From an uncultured virus (IMG/VR IMGVR_UViG_3300028840_001562) (taxonomy: Duplodnaviria > Heunggongvirae > Uroviricota > Caudoviricetes): a DNA stretch of 64,000 nt. The DNA is taken from the IMG/VR virus record IMGVR_UViG_3300028840_001562; one strand, 5' to 3'. Made by a program: the position numbers and the translations under genes. Within the stretch, counting starts at the first letter, position 1. Each line of letters starts with the position of its first letter. Under the pieces are notes generated by a model that did not search any database, was not told the origin of the DNA, and saw only the letters and a program-made list of their open reading frames with translations. Positions 1 to 7,987 of the stretch are shown here, in pieces.

Positions 1-144
1 GTTGATGATGCTGGTGCTTTAAAAAACGTATATTTCGTTTCGACTAGGATAGTTTATAACGCAATCCAAAACGTGAATGGAATTTGCACTGATGGCGATG
101 CGCTATATATCGCTGTTGACGTTAGGGTTGGCACCCCTCCCGGC
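1..144 (+). repeat. Exact 144-bp direct repeat, copy 1 (copy 2 at 34369-34512)
   Basis: Base-by-base identity from gttgatgatgctgg to cccctcccggc. Confidence 0.97.
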
Positions 145-618
145 CCCACAACTTACGGCACAGGGATCTATAAGATCAGCCGAAACGCAAAACGTCTGCA
201 GGTAATTAACGGTACTGGCAAGGGGACTCTTGGGAACGCAGAGGAGAACTATCAGGATATCACGTTTGACGGCAGACAAATCACGACAATGAGAGACCCA
301 AATGCCCTTGGCACTCAATACACATATGATTATCATCCAGAAGGCGGTGCGTCTTCTTTGAGGCCTACAGCGATGTCTCAAGAGTTGCGTGCCATCGCTT
401 GGAACGGGAAGCATCATTTTGTTGTTCGTGAGCGTAGTGGTGGAATGTTGGCGGATGTGTTTGATTTAATGGATCGTGACGGGAACTTTTTAAAGTCTGG
501 TGGGAACTTAAACTTTAAGACTGTAACAGGGATAGATTTCGCAGAGTTTGAGAACACGGTGCGCATGGGCGCATTGGGTGGTCTGCGAGGCAAGTACATT
601 GTGACTGTTTATAACTAG
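1..618 (+). CDS. C-terminal part of a putative beta-propeller-like virion protein; joins 34222-34368 on circularisation (254 aa)
   Basis: In frame from base 1 (VDDAGALKN...); repeated xWDG/xFDG/xWNG blade-like motifs; homolog at 34513-34958. Confidence 0.7.
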   Translation, partial: VDDAGALKNVYFVSTRIVYNAIQNVNGICTDGDALYIAVDVRVGTPPGPTTYGTGIYKISRNAKRLQVINGTGKGTLGNAEENYQDITFDGRQITTMRDPNALGTQYTYDYHPEGGASSLRPTAMSQELRAIAWNGKHHFVVRERSGGMLADVFDLMDRDGNFLKSGGNLNFKTVTGIDFAEFENTVRMGALGGLRGKYIVTVYN

Positions 619-626
619 GAGGATCA

Positions 627-824
627 ATGGCGGCGTTTGAAGAAAAGGATATTCGGGAAATGTCGTTCCCGAAGGAACAGTTCTGGAACTGGTTAAGGAA
701 CAACGTGCCTAATGGCATATTGGACAACTATGCATATGTGGACTTGGACATGTCTTGGTTTTTCGTTGAAGACCCGGATGACACAAGTCGCGTAGTTGTG
801 AGGAAGTTAAAAGTAAACGTTTAG
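627..824 (+). CDS. Small acidic hypothetical protein
   Basis: SD aggagg; syntenic with 34967-35164, both contain DPDD. Confidence 0.7.
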   Translation: MAAFEEKDIREMSFPKEQFWNWLRNNVPNGILDNYAYVDLDMSWFFVEDPDDTSRVVVRKLKVNV

Positions 825-842
825 TAAGAACAGGTTGGGAAT

Positions 843-1169
843 GTGTCGAGAAAGCGTTGTCTGCGGACTCTTGAAGAGTGGAACCGGGACGTTGATCTTG
901 GCATTGTGGATGAACCAAACCCTCCAGTTGATGGGTGTCCTAACACTGGGATAGGGTGTCCGAAATGTGGGGCGCATGTGACAGACTTAGTGGGGCATAA
1001 GGTGTTGACGGCTATAAGCAAAGATCCGTTGGTTGTGCAGGAAGGTCAGATCATTTACTGCCATGTTTGTGGGTGGGGAGGATGTCGAAAGATAGTGAAA
1101 AACAAGTACACGGATTTCAAGCGCAAGAACAACGGGGACAACGGAGGAGATGGGCGCAGATCCAAATAG
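843..1169 (+). CDS. Zinc-ribbon protein
   Basis: CPKC and CHVC motifs; clear homolog at 35207-35536. Confidence 0.75.
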   Translation: MSRKRCLRTLEEWNRDVDLGIVDEPNPPVDGCPNTGIGCPKCGAHVTDLVGHKVLTAISKDPLVVQEGQIIYCHVCGWGGCRKIVKNKYTDFKRKNNGDNGGDGRRSK

Positions 1170-1479
1170 GGAGCAGCCGACCATTCAGGTGCCCGAGATT
1201 TTTAGGGTACGGCGTGACCAGGCTGTCAGTCTTATCTCCATACCTGTTGTGCTCACTATTATTGGTTTGTTGTTTGGTTTCGCTCGGTCTATTTACACAG
1301 ACCGGGATGCGCGTATTCAACTTATTCGCTCCGAAATACGAGAGACATACAAGGACGCTGCCCATCAATGCGAGCGAGAGGTCGAAAGGCTTGAGGCCCG
1401 GCAAGAAAAGAGACTGGACAATCATGAGAGACGACTTGTCTGGATCGAACAAGCGGTAAACAAGAGTGAGAAAGATTAA
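1150..1479 (+). CDS. Single-TM coiled-coil protein before the endolysin (holin/antiholin-like)
   Basis: One hydrophobic segment followed by a charged coil; homolog at 35496-35810. Confidence 0.65.
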   Translation: MGADPNREQPTIQVPEIFRVRRDQAVSLISIPVVLTIIGLLFGFARSIYTDRDARIQLIRSEIRETYKDAAHQCEREVERLEARQEKRLDNHERRLVWIEQAVNKSEKD

Positions 1480-1876
1480 ACGCATAGTGATCCACTGCTC
1501 TGCCAGCCCTCAAGAGGTCAATGGGAAGATGATTGACGTTGAGGATGTTGATAGGTGGCACAGGGACCGTGGCTGGAAGTGTTGCGGTTATCATGCGGTT
1601 ATTATCAAGACTGGTCAGGTGCAGCGCGGCCGTTCTGATGAGGAGGAGGGAGCTCATGCCAAGGGTGCCAACAAGGATAGTCTTGGCGTGTGTCTTATTG
1701 GGGATGATTGTTTTACTGTGGCTCAGCTTGTGTCATTGAGGGGCCTTTTGAAGATGTGGATGACTCAGTACCACTTAAACTCTAAGGATATTTATTGTCA
1801 CTATCAGTTGAACAGCAACAAGACGTGTCCCAACTTTCGTTGGGAGGACATCAGGGAGTTATTCTTTAAACAGTAG
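1466..1876 (+). CDS. Endolysin, N-acetylmuramoyl-L-alanine amidase (T7 lysozyme/Amidase_2-like)
   Basis: IVIHCSA, GYH, GAHAKG, SLGVCL and H...KTCP zinc-ligand motifs. Confidence 0.92.
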   Translation: MRKIKRIVIHCSASPQEVNGKMIDVEDVDRWHRDRGWKCCGYHAVIIKTGQVQRGRSDEEEGAHAKGANKDSLGVCLIGDDCFTVAQLVSLRGLLKMWMTQYHLNSKDIYCHYQLNSNKTCPNFRWEDIRELFFKQ

Positions 1877-1884
1877 GAGGTCCT

Positions 1885-2070
1885 ATGAAGCCTGGCATAC
1901 AAACGACTGAGTGGTGGGTGACGCTGTTAAGTGTCTTGGGAACGGTGCTTGCCTTGGTCATGGATAAGATTCCGGCCGACAGCGTTTGGGCTGTTGTGTT
2001 GGGATCCGTGGCTGCGGTCATCACCTATATCCTTGGCCGGTCCTGGGTTAAGAGCAAGGAGGGCAGTTAG
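1885..2070 (+). CDS. Putative holin (two TM segments)
   Basis: MKPGIQTTEWW start, two hydrophobic helices, basic tail, directly after the endolysin. Confidence 0.7.
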   Translation: MKPGIQTTEWWVTLLSVLGTVLALVMDKIPADSVWAVVLGSVAAVITYILGRSWVKSKEGS

Positions 2071-2104
2071 AATGGGGTGGTCAAGCTTATATCAGAGCTT
2101 GTAG

Positions 2105-2350
2105 ATGCCTGGAATACTTGGCAAAACAACCGCCGTGCTGCTGCTTATCGTAAGCGCCAGCGTAGGGGCATTGAGCGCCGGTTGCGTCAAGCGGCTAGAT
2201 TGCGACAAGGTAAAAGTCCAACAATTAAGGCAACTTCTGTGCCCAAAACTGGAAAAGTTCTGGAATGACTGTGAGAAGGACTTGGAGCAGTGTGAAAATG
2301 ACGTTGTGGATTGCGACGTTGAGCGTGAGCGCTGTTTGTTGGGTCGGTAA
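2105..2350 (+). CDS. Putative lipoprotein, spanin-like
   Basis: Signal peptide with SAGC lipobox-like Cys, Cys-rich coil, in the lysis cassette; overlaps alternative ORF 2077-2268. Confidence 0.45.
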   Translation: MPGILGKTTAVLLLIVSASVGALSAGCVKRLDCDKVKVQQLRQLLCPKLEKFWNDCEKDLEQCENDVVDCDVERERCLLGR

Positions 2351-2491
2351 TGGTTTGGGTCGATTAGGGGGGAGATCGTTCGTTTAAGGGGCATATAGAT
2401 AGCATTTTGGGGGGGCTTCTCGGGTAACTTGTGGCTGTTTGCCGCTGCCATACTTCGTCACTTCCTTCATTCCGAGCCCCCCCTCTTTTTG

Positions 2492-2520
2492 TTGACAAAA
2501 CTATTACTGAGTAATAGTAT
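2492..2520 (+). promoter_or_regulatory. Sigma70-type promoter with a palindromic operator in the spacer
   Basis: TTGACA (2492-2497), 17 bp spacer, TAGTAT (2515-2520); palindrome ACTATTACT-G-AGTAATAGT at 2500-2518. Confidence 0.8.
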
Positions 2521-2533
2521 TAAAGAGTAGGAG

Positions 2534-2716
2534 GTGGGTTGTATGGATAAGAAAAATAAACAATTACAGGACCTTGTGAGAGAATTGAGGGACCAGAGAA
2601 ACAGGCAGTTACAGGACCTTGTGAAGGAGTTGAGAGAGGAGCTAGCGGGGATGGATCGCAGGTGGTCTACCCCTGTTAGCAGCTGGTCTAAGGACAATGG
2701 GGGGGATAGGCGATGA
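2534..2716 (+). CDS. Small coiled-coil protein with an internal tandem duplication
   Basis: QLQDLVRELR / QLQDLVKELR; SD aggagg; first gene after the promoter. Confidence 0.6.
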   Translation: MGCMDKKNKQLQDLVRELRDQRNRQLQDLVKELREELAGMDRRWSTPVSSWSKDNGGDRR

Positions 2717-2901
2717 CTGCTTGGCTTAGGCGTCTCTGGTGTTCTTTGACGGGCCACGGTGACCAGTATCAAGTTCTGCATGGCCTGGGTCCTCAGCCTG
2801 TTGTGACCGTAAGATGTGTTAGGTGTGGAGCAAGCAAGGTGTTGCCGGTGGCTATAGCAGACAAGGCGATCAAGGACGGAACCATAGGCGAATGGATATA
2901 G
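2713..2901 (+). CDS. Small Cys/His protein (DUF1660-like)
   Basis: LWCSLTGH...CVRCG pattern. Confidence 0.55.
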   Translation: MTAWLRRLWCSLTGHGDQYQVLHGLGPQPVVTVRCVRCGASKVLPVAIADKAIKDGTIGEWI

Positions 2902-3045
2902 CCCGTGCGTTTGACTCCATTTTTCGCGCGGGCAAGGCCCGTGTATTTCACGGCGATTGCATGGGCCGGTCTGCGGGAGCATGTTGCCAAACCGCAGACT
3001 AATTGGCGTGGGGCGGCCAAGCGGCGTTTTGGTCGCCTTCACGCC
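2901..3045 (+). ncRNA. Four-hairpin structured element, related to 45930-46000
   Basis: Stems at 2901-2933, 2936-2967, 2969-2999 and 3005-3045; the first loop is identical in phage B. Confidence 0.5.
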
Positions 3046-3056
3046 CAGGAGGATCA

Positions 3057-3476
3057 ATGACTCATGTAAGAGACACGTCAATCGAAGCCTATAACAAGAT
3101 CAGACAGGAAGGGTTGTTGTCTAAGCTTCGCTTGTTGGTCTATGAAGCGCTGTTCAACTACGGGCCGATGACTCAAAGAGAAACTTACGAGAGTCTTGTT
3201 CGTAGGGGTCACGACATTAGAGAGTACAGCATCAGGCCGCGCTTTGTTGAGATGATCGACATGGAAGTTATCAAGGAGACTGGCACGCGTTTATGTAAGT
3301 TCTCACAAACCAACTCTATTGAATACGACGTGACCAGCAATCTTCCTAAGAAGCCGGAGGCTGATACCAAGAAGCCAAGGCACATAGATCCTAAAGAGCT
3401 GAAGCTGTTCATGGCTGACATAGGAGTCGGCTATATCCATAGGATACAGATAGAGAAACATTGGAATATCAGTTGA
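3057..3476 (+). CDS. Winged-helix DNA-binding protein
   Basis: SD aggagg before ATG 3057; TSIEAY...VYEAL..YGPMT..E...SIRPRFVE wHTH pattern. Confidence 0.65.
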   Translation: MTHVRDTSIEAYNKIRQEGLLSKLRLLVYEALFNYGPMTQRETYESLVRRGHDIREYSIRPRFVEMIDMEVIKETGTRLCKFSQTNSIEYDVTSNLPKKPEADTKKPRHIDPKELKLFMADIGVGYIHRIQIEKHWNIS

Positions 3477-3532
3477 TGAATGTCGGGGGGCAGTGACTGA
3501 GTTTAACTTATTCTTAAGAGCGGAGAGAAGTA

Positions 3533-3931
3533 ATGGCCGAAACATTCCACGATAAGTTCAGAGCTAACATGCAAGCCCTTGGTCTACCGGCACCAAAGGA
3601 ACTGTTCGCCACGCTCGCAGCCACGCTGGCCACGCTCAAAATGGCTGTCTCCCTTATTGGGAAACTAGGCAAGGGAGCCACCGTAGCCGAGGTATTCGGG
3701 GCAGGCATCGCCGCAGAAAAAATGGCACTCATAGCTGCCCTTCCAGCCATTTACTACCTAGGAGCCTGTATAGGGTCGCTCGCCGTTGCCACAGGGGAGA
3801 AGCTCGCAGACAAGGTGACATACCCACTAACAACAGCACTGAACACCTGCTCGAGGCACGATATCCCCTTCGTTGAAGGACTCATGCACTCCGAGAATAG
3901 ACCGTTTAGAAAGAAGCAGAGGATAGCATGA
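3533..3931 (+). CDS. Hydrophobic Ala/Gly-rich membrane protein (moron-like)
   Basis: Long amphipathic/hydrophobic helices, flanked by intergenic gaps. Confidence 0.7.
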   Translation: MAETFHDKFRANMQALGLPAPKELFATLAATLATLKMAVSLIGKLGKGATVAEVFGAGIAAEKMALIAALPAIYYLGACIGSLAVATGEKLADKVTYPLTTALNTCSRHDIPFVEGLMHSENRPFRKKQRIA

Positions 3932-4061
3932 TCTGGGTAATTCTTGGGACACTGCTGCTGTTAACCATGTCCATCGTGGTGGAGGCACAGTTCTTGTTAA
4001 TCCTCTACGGCGCCGCACTGGCTGTCGGAATCGTGATCTTTTGCATTGATAGGATGAAGAG

Positions 4062-4700
4062 ATGAGCAGCTTTATAGATAACTTAAAACGCCTCGGAGTA
4101 TGCCCTGAAGCCATCAAGTGGGCAGCTAACTATAAAACGATAGAGGAAGCATGGAACGTCTGTGACAGAGGAGACTGGTTACTTTGGTACGCTGGGAAGA
4201 TGTCTGGTAAACCGGGTAGTGATAGACGCAAGAAATTAACTCTAGCTGCTTGTCAGTGTGCCAGGCTGGCGTTGCCATATACAGACGATGATAGAGCAGA
4301 ACAGACTATAGTCATAGCAGAGCAGTGGGCTCTTGGGAATGAGTCTGTGACGCTTGAGGATGTTAAAAACGCTGCTTCCGCCGCCTACGCCTCCGCCGCC
4401 GCCGCCTACTCCGCCTACTCCGCCTACTCCGCCTCCGCCGCCCACGCCGCCGCCTCCGCCGCCTCCGCCGCCTCCGCCTCCTACGCCTCCGCCGCCGCCT
4501 CCTACGCCGTTTCCGCCGCCTCCGCCTACGCCTCCTCCTACGCCTCCTACGCCTCCTACGTCGCCTTCGCAGCCGCAAAGAAAGAAGTTTTGAAACAGTG
4601 TGCAGACATCGTAAGACAGTTCTACCCTGAACCACCGATTGTCTCGCTAATTAACAGGAGGAACAATGCCAACCAAAAAGAAACCCTATGTAATCTGTAG
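4062..4700 (+). CDS. Phage protein with an Ala/Ser/Tyr low-complexity tract (Imm5-like family)
   Basis: GVCPEAIKW...AW..C.RGDWLLW...QCADIVR pattern typical of phage early genes. Confidence 0.7.
   Translation: MSSFIDNLKRLGVCPEAIKWAANYKTIEEAWNVCDRGDWLLWYAGKMSGKPGSDRRKKLTLAACQCARLALPYTDDDRAEQTIVIAEQWALGNESVTLEDVKNAASAAYASAAAAYSAYSAYSASAAHAAASAASAASASYASAAASYAVSAASAYASSYASYASYVAFAAAKKEVLKQCADIVRQFYPEPPIVSLINRRNNANQKETLCNL
4375..4567 (+). repeat. GCC/TCC/TAC trinucleotide low-complexity tract
   Basis: Directly visible; encodes AAYASAAAAYS... Confidence 0.9.
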
Positions 4701-4962
4701 AACCTATAGCGCTGGTGTGTTCGCAGGCACACTCCAATCAAGAAAAGGTAAGGAGGCCGTGTTAACAAATGCTAGACGTATCTGGTACTGGGATGGCGCG
4801 GCAAGCCTAAGCCAACTTGCAATGGAGGGAACAAGCAAACCAGAAAAATGCAAGTTCCCGTGCGAGGTGAAGGAAGTAACTTTGACTGAGGTCGTTGAAA
4901 TATTGAAGGTTACTGAGAAGGCTAGAAAAAGCATTAAGGACGTTCCAATATGGAGTGTATAG
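4666..4962 (+). CDS. DUF6948-like phage protein
   Basis: YVICRTYSAGVFAG...NARRIWYWDGAASLSQLA. Confidence 0.75.
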   Translation: MPTKKKPYVICRTYSAGVFAGTLQSRKGKEAVLTNARRIWYWDGAASLSQLAMEGTSKPEKCKFPCEVKEVTLTEVVEILKVTEKARKSIKDVPIWSV

Positions 4963-5168
4963 AGAAACAAGGCGACGGCTACGGCTGCGGCGGCGGCTAC
5001 GGCGACGGCTGCGGCGACGGCGACGGCGACGGCTACGGCGGCGGCTACGGCGACGGCGACGGCTGCGGCGGCGGCTACGGCGACGGCGACGGCTGCGGCT
5101 ACGGCGACGGCTGCGGCTACGGCGGCGGCTACGGCGACGGCTGCGGCTACGGCGGCGGCTACGGCTAA
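4950..5168 (+). CDS. Gly-rich GYGDG repeat protein
   Basis: GGC-GAC/TAC/TGC tract at 4972-5166; this repeat type commonly follows DUF6948 genes. Confidence 0.6.
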   Translation: MECIEKQGDGYGCGGGYGDGCGDGDGDGYGGGYGDGDGCGGGYGDGDGCGYGDGCGYGGGYGDGCGYGGGYG

Positions 5169-5255
5169 ACAATATGCTGCACGGGCGGCTGCTAGGTTAA
5201 TTCATGGGGATGATGACTAGGGAAAGTGGTCGCCCGTGTGGGAGGAAATAAAAAG

Positions 5256-5771
5256 ATGAGCATCAAGAATGACTTAGACGAACTGAAAAAAGAGATCAAA
5301 CCTGTCATCCCAACAAAACGAAGGCTCTTAAAATGGACAATAGCTTTGTGCGTTATTGTGGTTGGCTTAACAACAGTGTTCGCAGTGACGGGTTGGTTTC
5401 AAGAGGGTGTTCAGGTCTCACGACAAGAGTTCGGTCCCAAAGAGATGCTGCGTAAATACGAGTGGTTCAAAGACGCTGCCTCAATGCTGGACAAGAAGCG
5501 GGCCGACATTGCGGTCTACCATTCCAGGATAGGTGCCCTAATCAAGTCATACGAAAACGTGTCGAGAACCGAGTGGCCGAGAGATGACAGAGAGCAAATT
5601 GGCCTTTGGTATACTGAAGTCGCTGGAGTCAAGGCGAGCTATAACGCTCTTGCGGCTGAGTACAATTCCCAGATGACCAAGTTCAACTGGAGATTTGCAA
5701 ACAAGGGCATGTTGCCCAAGGGCGCGGACGACCCGTTGCCTAGAGAGTTTAAACCCTACGTTACTCAATAG
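5256..5771 (+). CDS. Membrane-anchored helical protein (LemA-like)
   Basis: SD ggagga; one TM segment; YN.LAAEYN motif. Confidence 0.6.
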   Translation: MSIKNDLDELKKEIKPVIPTKRRLLKWTIALCVIVVGLTTVFAVTGWFQEGVQVSRQEFGPKEMLRKYEWFKDAASMLDKKRADIAVYHSRIGALIKSYENVSRTEWPRDDREQIGLWYTEVAGVKASYNALAAEYNSQMTKFNWRFANKGMLPKGADDPLPREFKPYVTQ

Positions 5772-5779
5772 GAGGAGCC

Positions 5780-6346
5780 ATGAAAACGAGATTGTTTGTG
5801 TTGCTGTTGTCCATATTTGTGTTTGGTTGTGAGGAATACGGGACTAAAGAAGCAATTAGTTCTTCAGGTGTAAAAGCAACAAAAGTGCAGATAACAACAA
5901 ACGTTAAAGGTATAACGGTTGAGCAAGAGAACGTGAAACAGCGGCTGTTGTTAGACAACAAACCGGGTTCAATTAAGCATCTCTATGTGATCTCGGCCTA
6001 TTCCGGACAAGTGATCGTCTACAGCACAGTAAAAGGCAAGGTTACAAGTAGTGGTAAACGGCTGACCCCGTATCATATTGCTGCTATTGACGGCCAATAT
6101 GTGAGCAGAGCTCACCAAGGGGCTGAGGTAAATATTGGTGGTACTAATTTTGTTACGGGCGAAGTCATTCAAGATGATGGTACCTATGGCCACTCTGTTC
6201 CCTATGTTTATTGGTGGGATACCAAGGGAGTATACCACCAACACTATGTTTCAGGTGGCCAAATACTTCATGTGTCCAGTGAACCACTGAAGGTAAAGGG
6301 GATCATTATCAATATGGAACTGATGCACGGAATGAGGCAACCATAA
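5780..6346 (+). CDS. Putative lipoprotein
   Basis: Signal peptide ending VFGC; VKGKVTSS...DDGTYG motif. Confidence 0.7.
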   Translation: MKTRLFVLLLSIFVFGCEEYGTKEAISSSGVKATKVQITTNVKGITVEQENVKQRLLLDNKPGSIKHLYVISAYSGQVIVYSTVKGKVTSSGKRLTPYHIAAIDGQYVSRAHQGAEVNIGGTNFVTGEVIQDDGTYGHSVPYVYWWDTKGVYHQHYVSGGQILHVSSEPLKVKGIIINMELMHGMRQP

Positions 6347-6374
6347 CACAGCTATTAAAGGAAAACACAGGAAG

Positions 6375-6401
6375 CTTTAATAAGAGAAGGCGTTATTAAA
6401 G
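6375..6401 (+). promoter_or_regulatory. Inverted repeat CTTTAATAA-N9-TTATTAAAG, identical at 46055-46081
   Basis: Perfect 9-bp arms ending 3 nt before the ATG. Confidence 0.7.
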
Positions 6402-6404
6402 ACG

Positions 6405-6668
6405 ATGAACCCTGTAGCTAAGGTGGAGATTGTTGTTGAGGTTACTAGGCGATGTGCAAACCAGTTCATCGGAACCATCAGCGAGAGCGGCAGGACATAC
6501 AAGGGAGTTGCGACAAACAAGTCTGATGCTGTGCAAGCAGCGATCAAGAAGTGGGCATCAACCATTGATGCTGCTGGGGTGTGGGGCAAGAGATGGACAA
6601 ACGGTCAGTTGTTGGTAAAAGTTGGGTATGGGCAAGGCCGAAAACCCTGTTGTGAAGTCTGTCCTTGA
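6405..6668 (+). CDS. Small protein with a possible HicB-N/dsRBD-like fold
   Basis: beta-beta-beta-alpha pattern; homolog at 46085-46315. Confidence 0.6.
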   Translation: MNPVAKVEIVVEVTRRCANQFIGTISESGRTYKGVATNKSDAVQAAIKKWASTIDAAGVWGKRWTNGQLLVKVGYGQGRKPCCEVCP

Positions 6669-6978
6669 GTATCTTCACATACTGGAAAAGAGGCTGAAGG
6701 GAGCTTGCTTTTTCTGGAGAAACAACAACGTATCTGTTTATGATCGCACCAAAAGTGTCTATCGTAGGATGCCGTTTGGTTGCATCTATGGGGTGCCCGA
6801 CATCATTGGGCTAATGTATGGGCGCATGGTTGGCATTGAGTGCAAGTCAGAGAAGGGCACAATGTCAAAGGCCCAGAAGGAGTTTATGAAGCGCATGATC
6901 GAGGCCGGTGGTGTGTACATATTAGCGCGCAGCGTAAAGGATGTGGAGAAGGGGCTTGATATCCAGCCTGGTAACTGA
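6628..6978 (+). CDS. VRR-NUC family nuclease (resolvase-like)
   Basis: GVPDII...IECKS..G.MS..QKEF PD-(D/E)xK motif. Confidence 0.88.
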   Translation: MGKAENPVVKSVLEYLHILEKRLKGACFFWRNNNVSVYDRTKSVYRRMPFGCIYGVPDIIGLMYGRMVGIECKSEKGTMSKAQKEFMKRMIEAGGVYILARSVKDVEKGLDIQPGN

Positions 6979-6994
6979 TTTTTTTTGCTGTTAA

Positions 6995-7008
6995 ACTATT
7001 ACTGAGTA
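6995..7008 (+). promoter_or_regulatory. Operator copy 2 (partial)
   Basis: ACTATTACTGAGTA immediately upstream of ORF 7020. Confidence 0.65.
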
Positions 7009-7019
7009 GGGGTGTTGCT

Positions 7020-7562
7020 GTGTTAGACAAGGGTACATTTTGGGAAGAGTTGCAGATCATGTTTCAGGCACACCATGTCTTCAAGCCACAGGATAAAGTG
7101 TCTGTATTTTATAGGTTCTTCAAGAACGAGAAGCCAGAGCACCTACGGGGGGCGTCTGAGCTTGCAGCCAAAGAACTTGAAAAGTTTCCAACGGTTGCAA
7201 GGTTTTCGATGATGCTTGACAGGGTAAAGCGTGACGATCCGTCTTGTCAGCGCAAGAAAGAGGATTGTCATTTTTGTAAGGGTAACGGGACGATAAGCGC
7301 GCAAGATGAGTCTGACAGGTGGTTTACGTTCGCTTGCAACTGCCCCAATGCAGTCCATTATGGCTACCCGGCATGGCGTTCTAAGCACCGAGAAACATTC
7401 AGGATTTATAACTGTTATGTGGACATGGTGACACATCCAGAGCTTTATCATCGGGGCCTCGCGTTATTGAAAGCTAATCGCGTGCATATGCCCGAAGATA
7501 TTGAACAAAAAATCCTAAGAAGGATAGACCGTATTCATGACAATCAAGAGCCGCCATTCTAG
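7020..7562 (+). CDS. Putative replication helicase loader/inhibitor-like protein with zinc finger
   Basis: KFPT motif, CxxC.G.G and FACNC; homolog 40213-40764 lies next to an initiator. Confidence 0.55.
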   Translation: MLDKGTFWEELQIMFQAHHVFKPQDKVSVFYRFFKNEKPEHLRGASELAAKELEKFPTVARFSMMLDRVKRDDPSCQRKKEDCHFCKGNGTISAQDESDRWFTFACNCPNAVHYGYPAWRSKHRETFRIYNCYVDMVTHPELYHRGLALLKANRVHMPEDIEQKILRRIDRIHDNQEPPF

Positions 7563-7733
7563 GTTAAGGCAAGAAGGGGCCGTGTTTGGGTTCGCACCCA
7601 TGCCTAGCCCTTCATTGCGTCGAGATCGCCCGTCTAAGGGCAATCTGGAGCGTTTTAGCCGTATATTGGGAAGGCTCGGGGTAGAGGTTATGAGTTGGGA
7701 GCGATACAAGCAGTGGGATAAGAGGGACGAGGG

Positions 7734-7922
7734 ATGAAGCCACATGAGATCAGACAGCTAAGGCGGTTTCTGGGCCTTACACAGGTTGAGTTTTCAGACA
7801 TTCTTGGGTTGGCACCGATCACGGTATCCAGCTATGAGCAGGGACGTCGCAAGCCCTCACAGTGCGTGGTGCAACTTCTTCGTTACGTGAAGAGGGACGC
7901 CATGGGATCCATGAGGAAATAG
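7734..7922 (+). CDS. XRE-family HTH regulator
   Basis: IRQLRRFLGLTQVEFSDILG...TVSSYEQGRRKP. Confidence 0.9.
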   Translation: MKPHEIRQLRRFLGLTQVEFSDILGLAPITVSSYEQGRRKPSQCVVQLLRYVKRDAMGSMRK

Positions 7923-7970
7923 GAAGGCGAAGAATAGCACAAATTGGTTGCATGATCTATGGCCTTGAGG

Positions 7971-7987
7971 TATTACTGAGTAATAGT
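7971..7987 (+). promoter_or_regulatory. Operator copy 3 within a probable promoter
   Basis: TATTACTGAGTAATAGT exactly fills the 17 bp between TTGAGG and TACCTT. Confidence 0.7.

Noticed and set aside
1..618. Possible DGR template/variable repeat pair with 34369-34958
   Set aside because: No reverse transcriptase seen; differences are not adenine-specific; explained by circular overlap plus a homolog in a second phage
2409..2490. Third copy of the pseudoknot leader (contains GTTTGCCGC)
   Set aside because: No matching P1/P2 pairing found; only a G7/C7 long-range stem with a T run, probably terminator-like
3003..3056. N-terminal extension of ORF 3003-3476
   Set aside because: Runs through a hairpin; a strong SD supports ATG 3057
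4242..5200. Poly-Pro, poly-Arg and poly-Gly ORFs in alternative frames
   Set aside because: Shadows of the trinucleotide tracts inside real + strand genes
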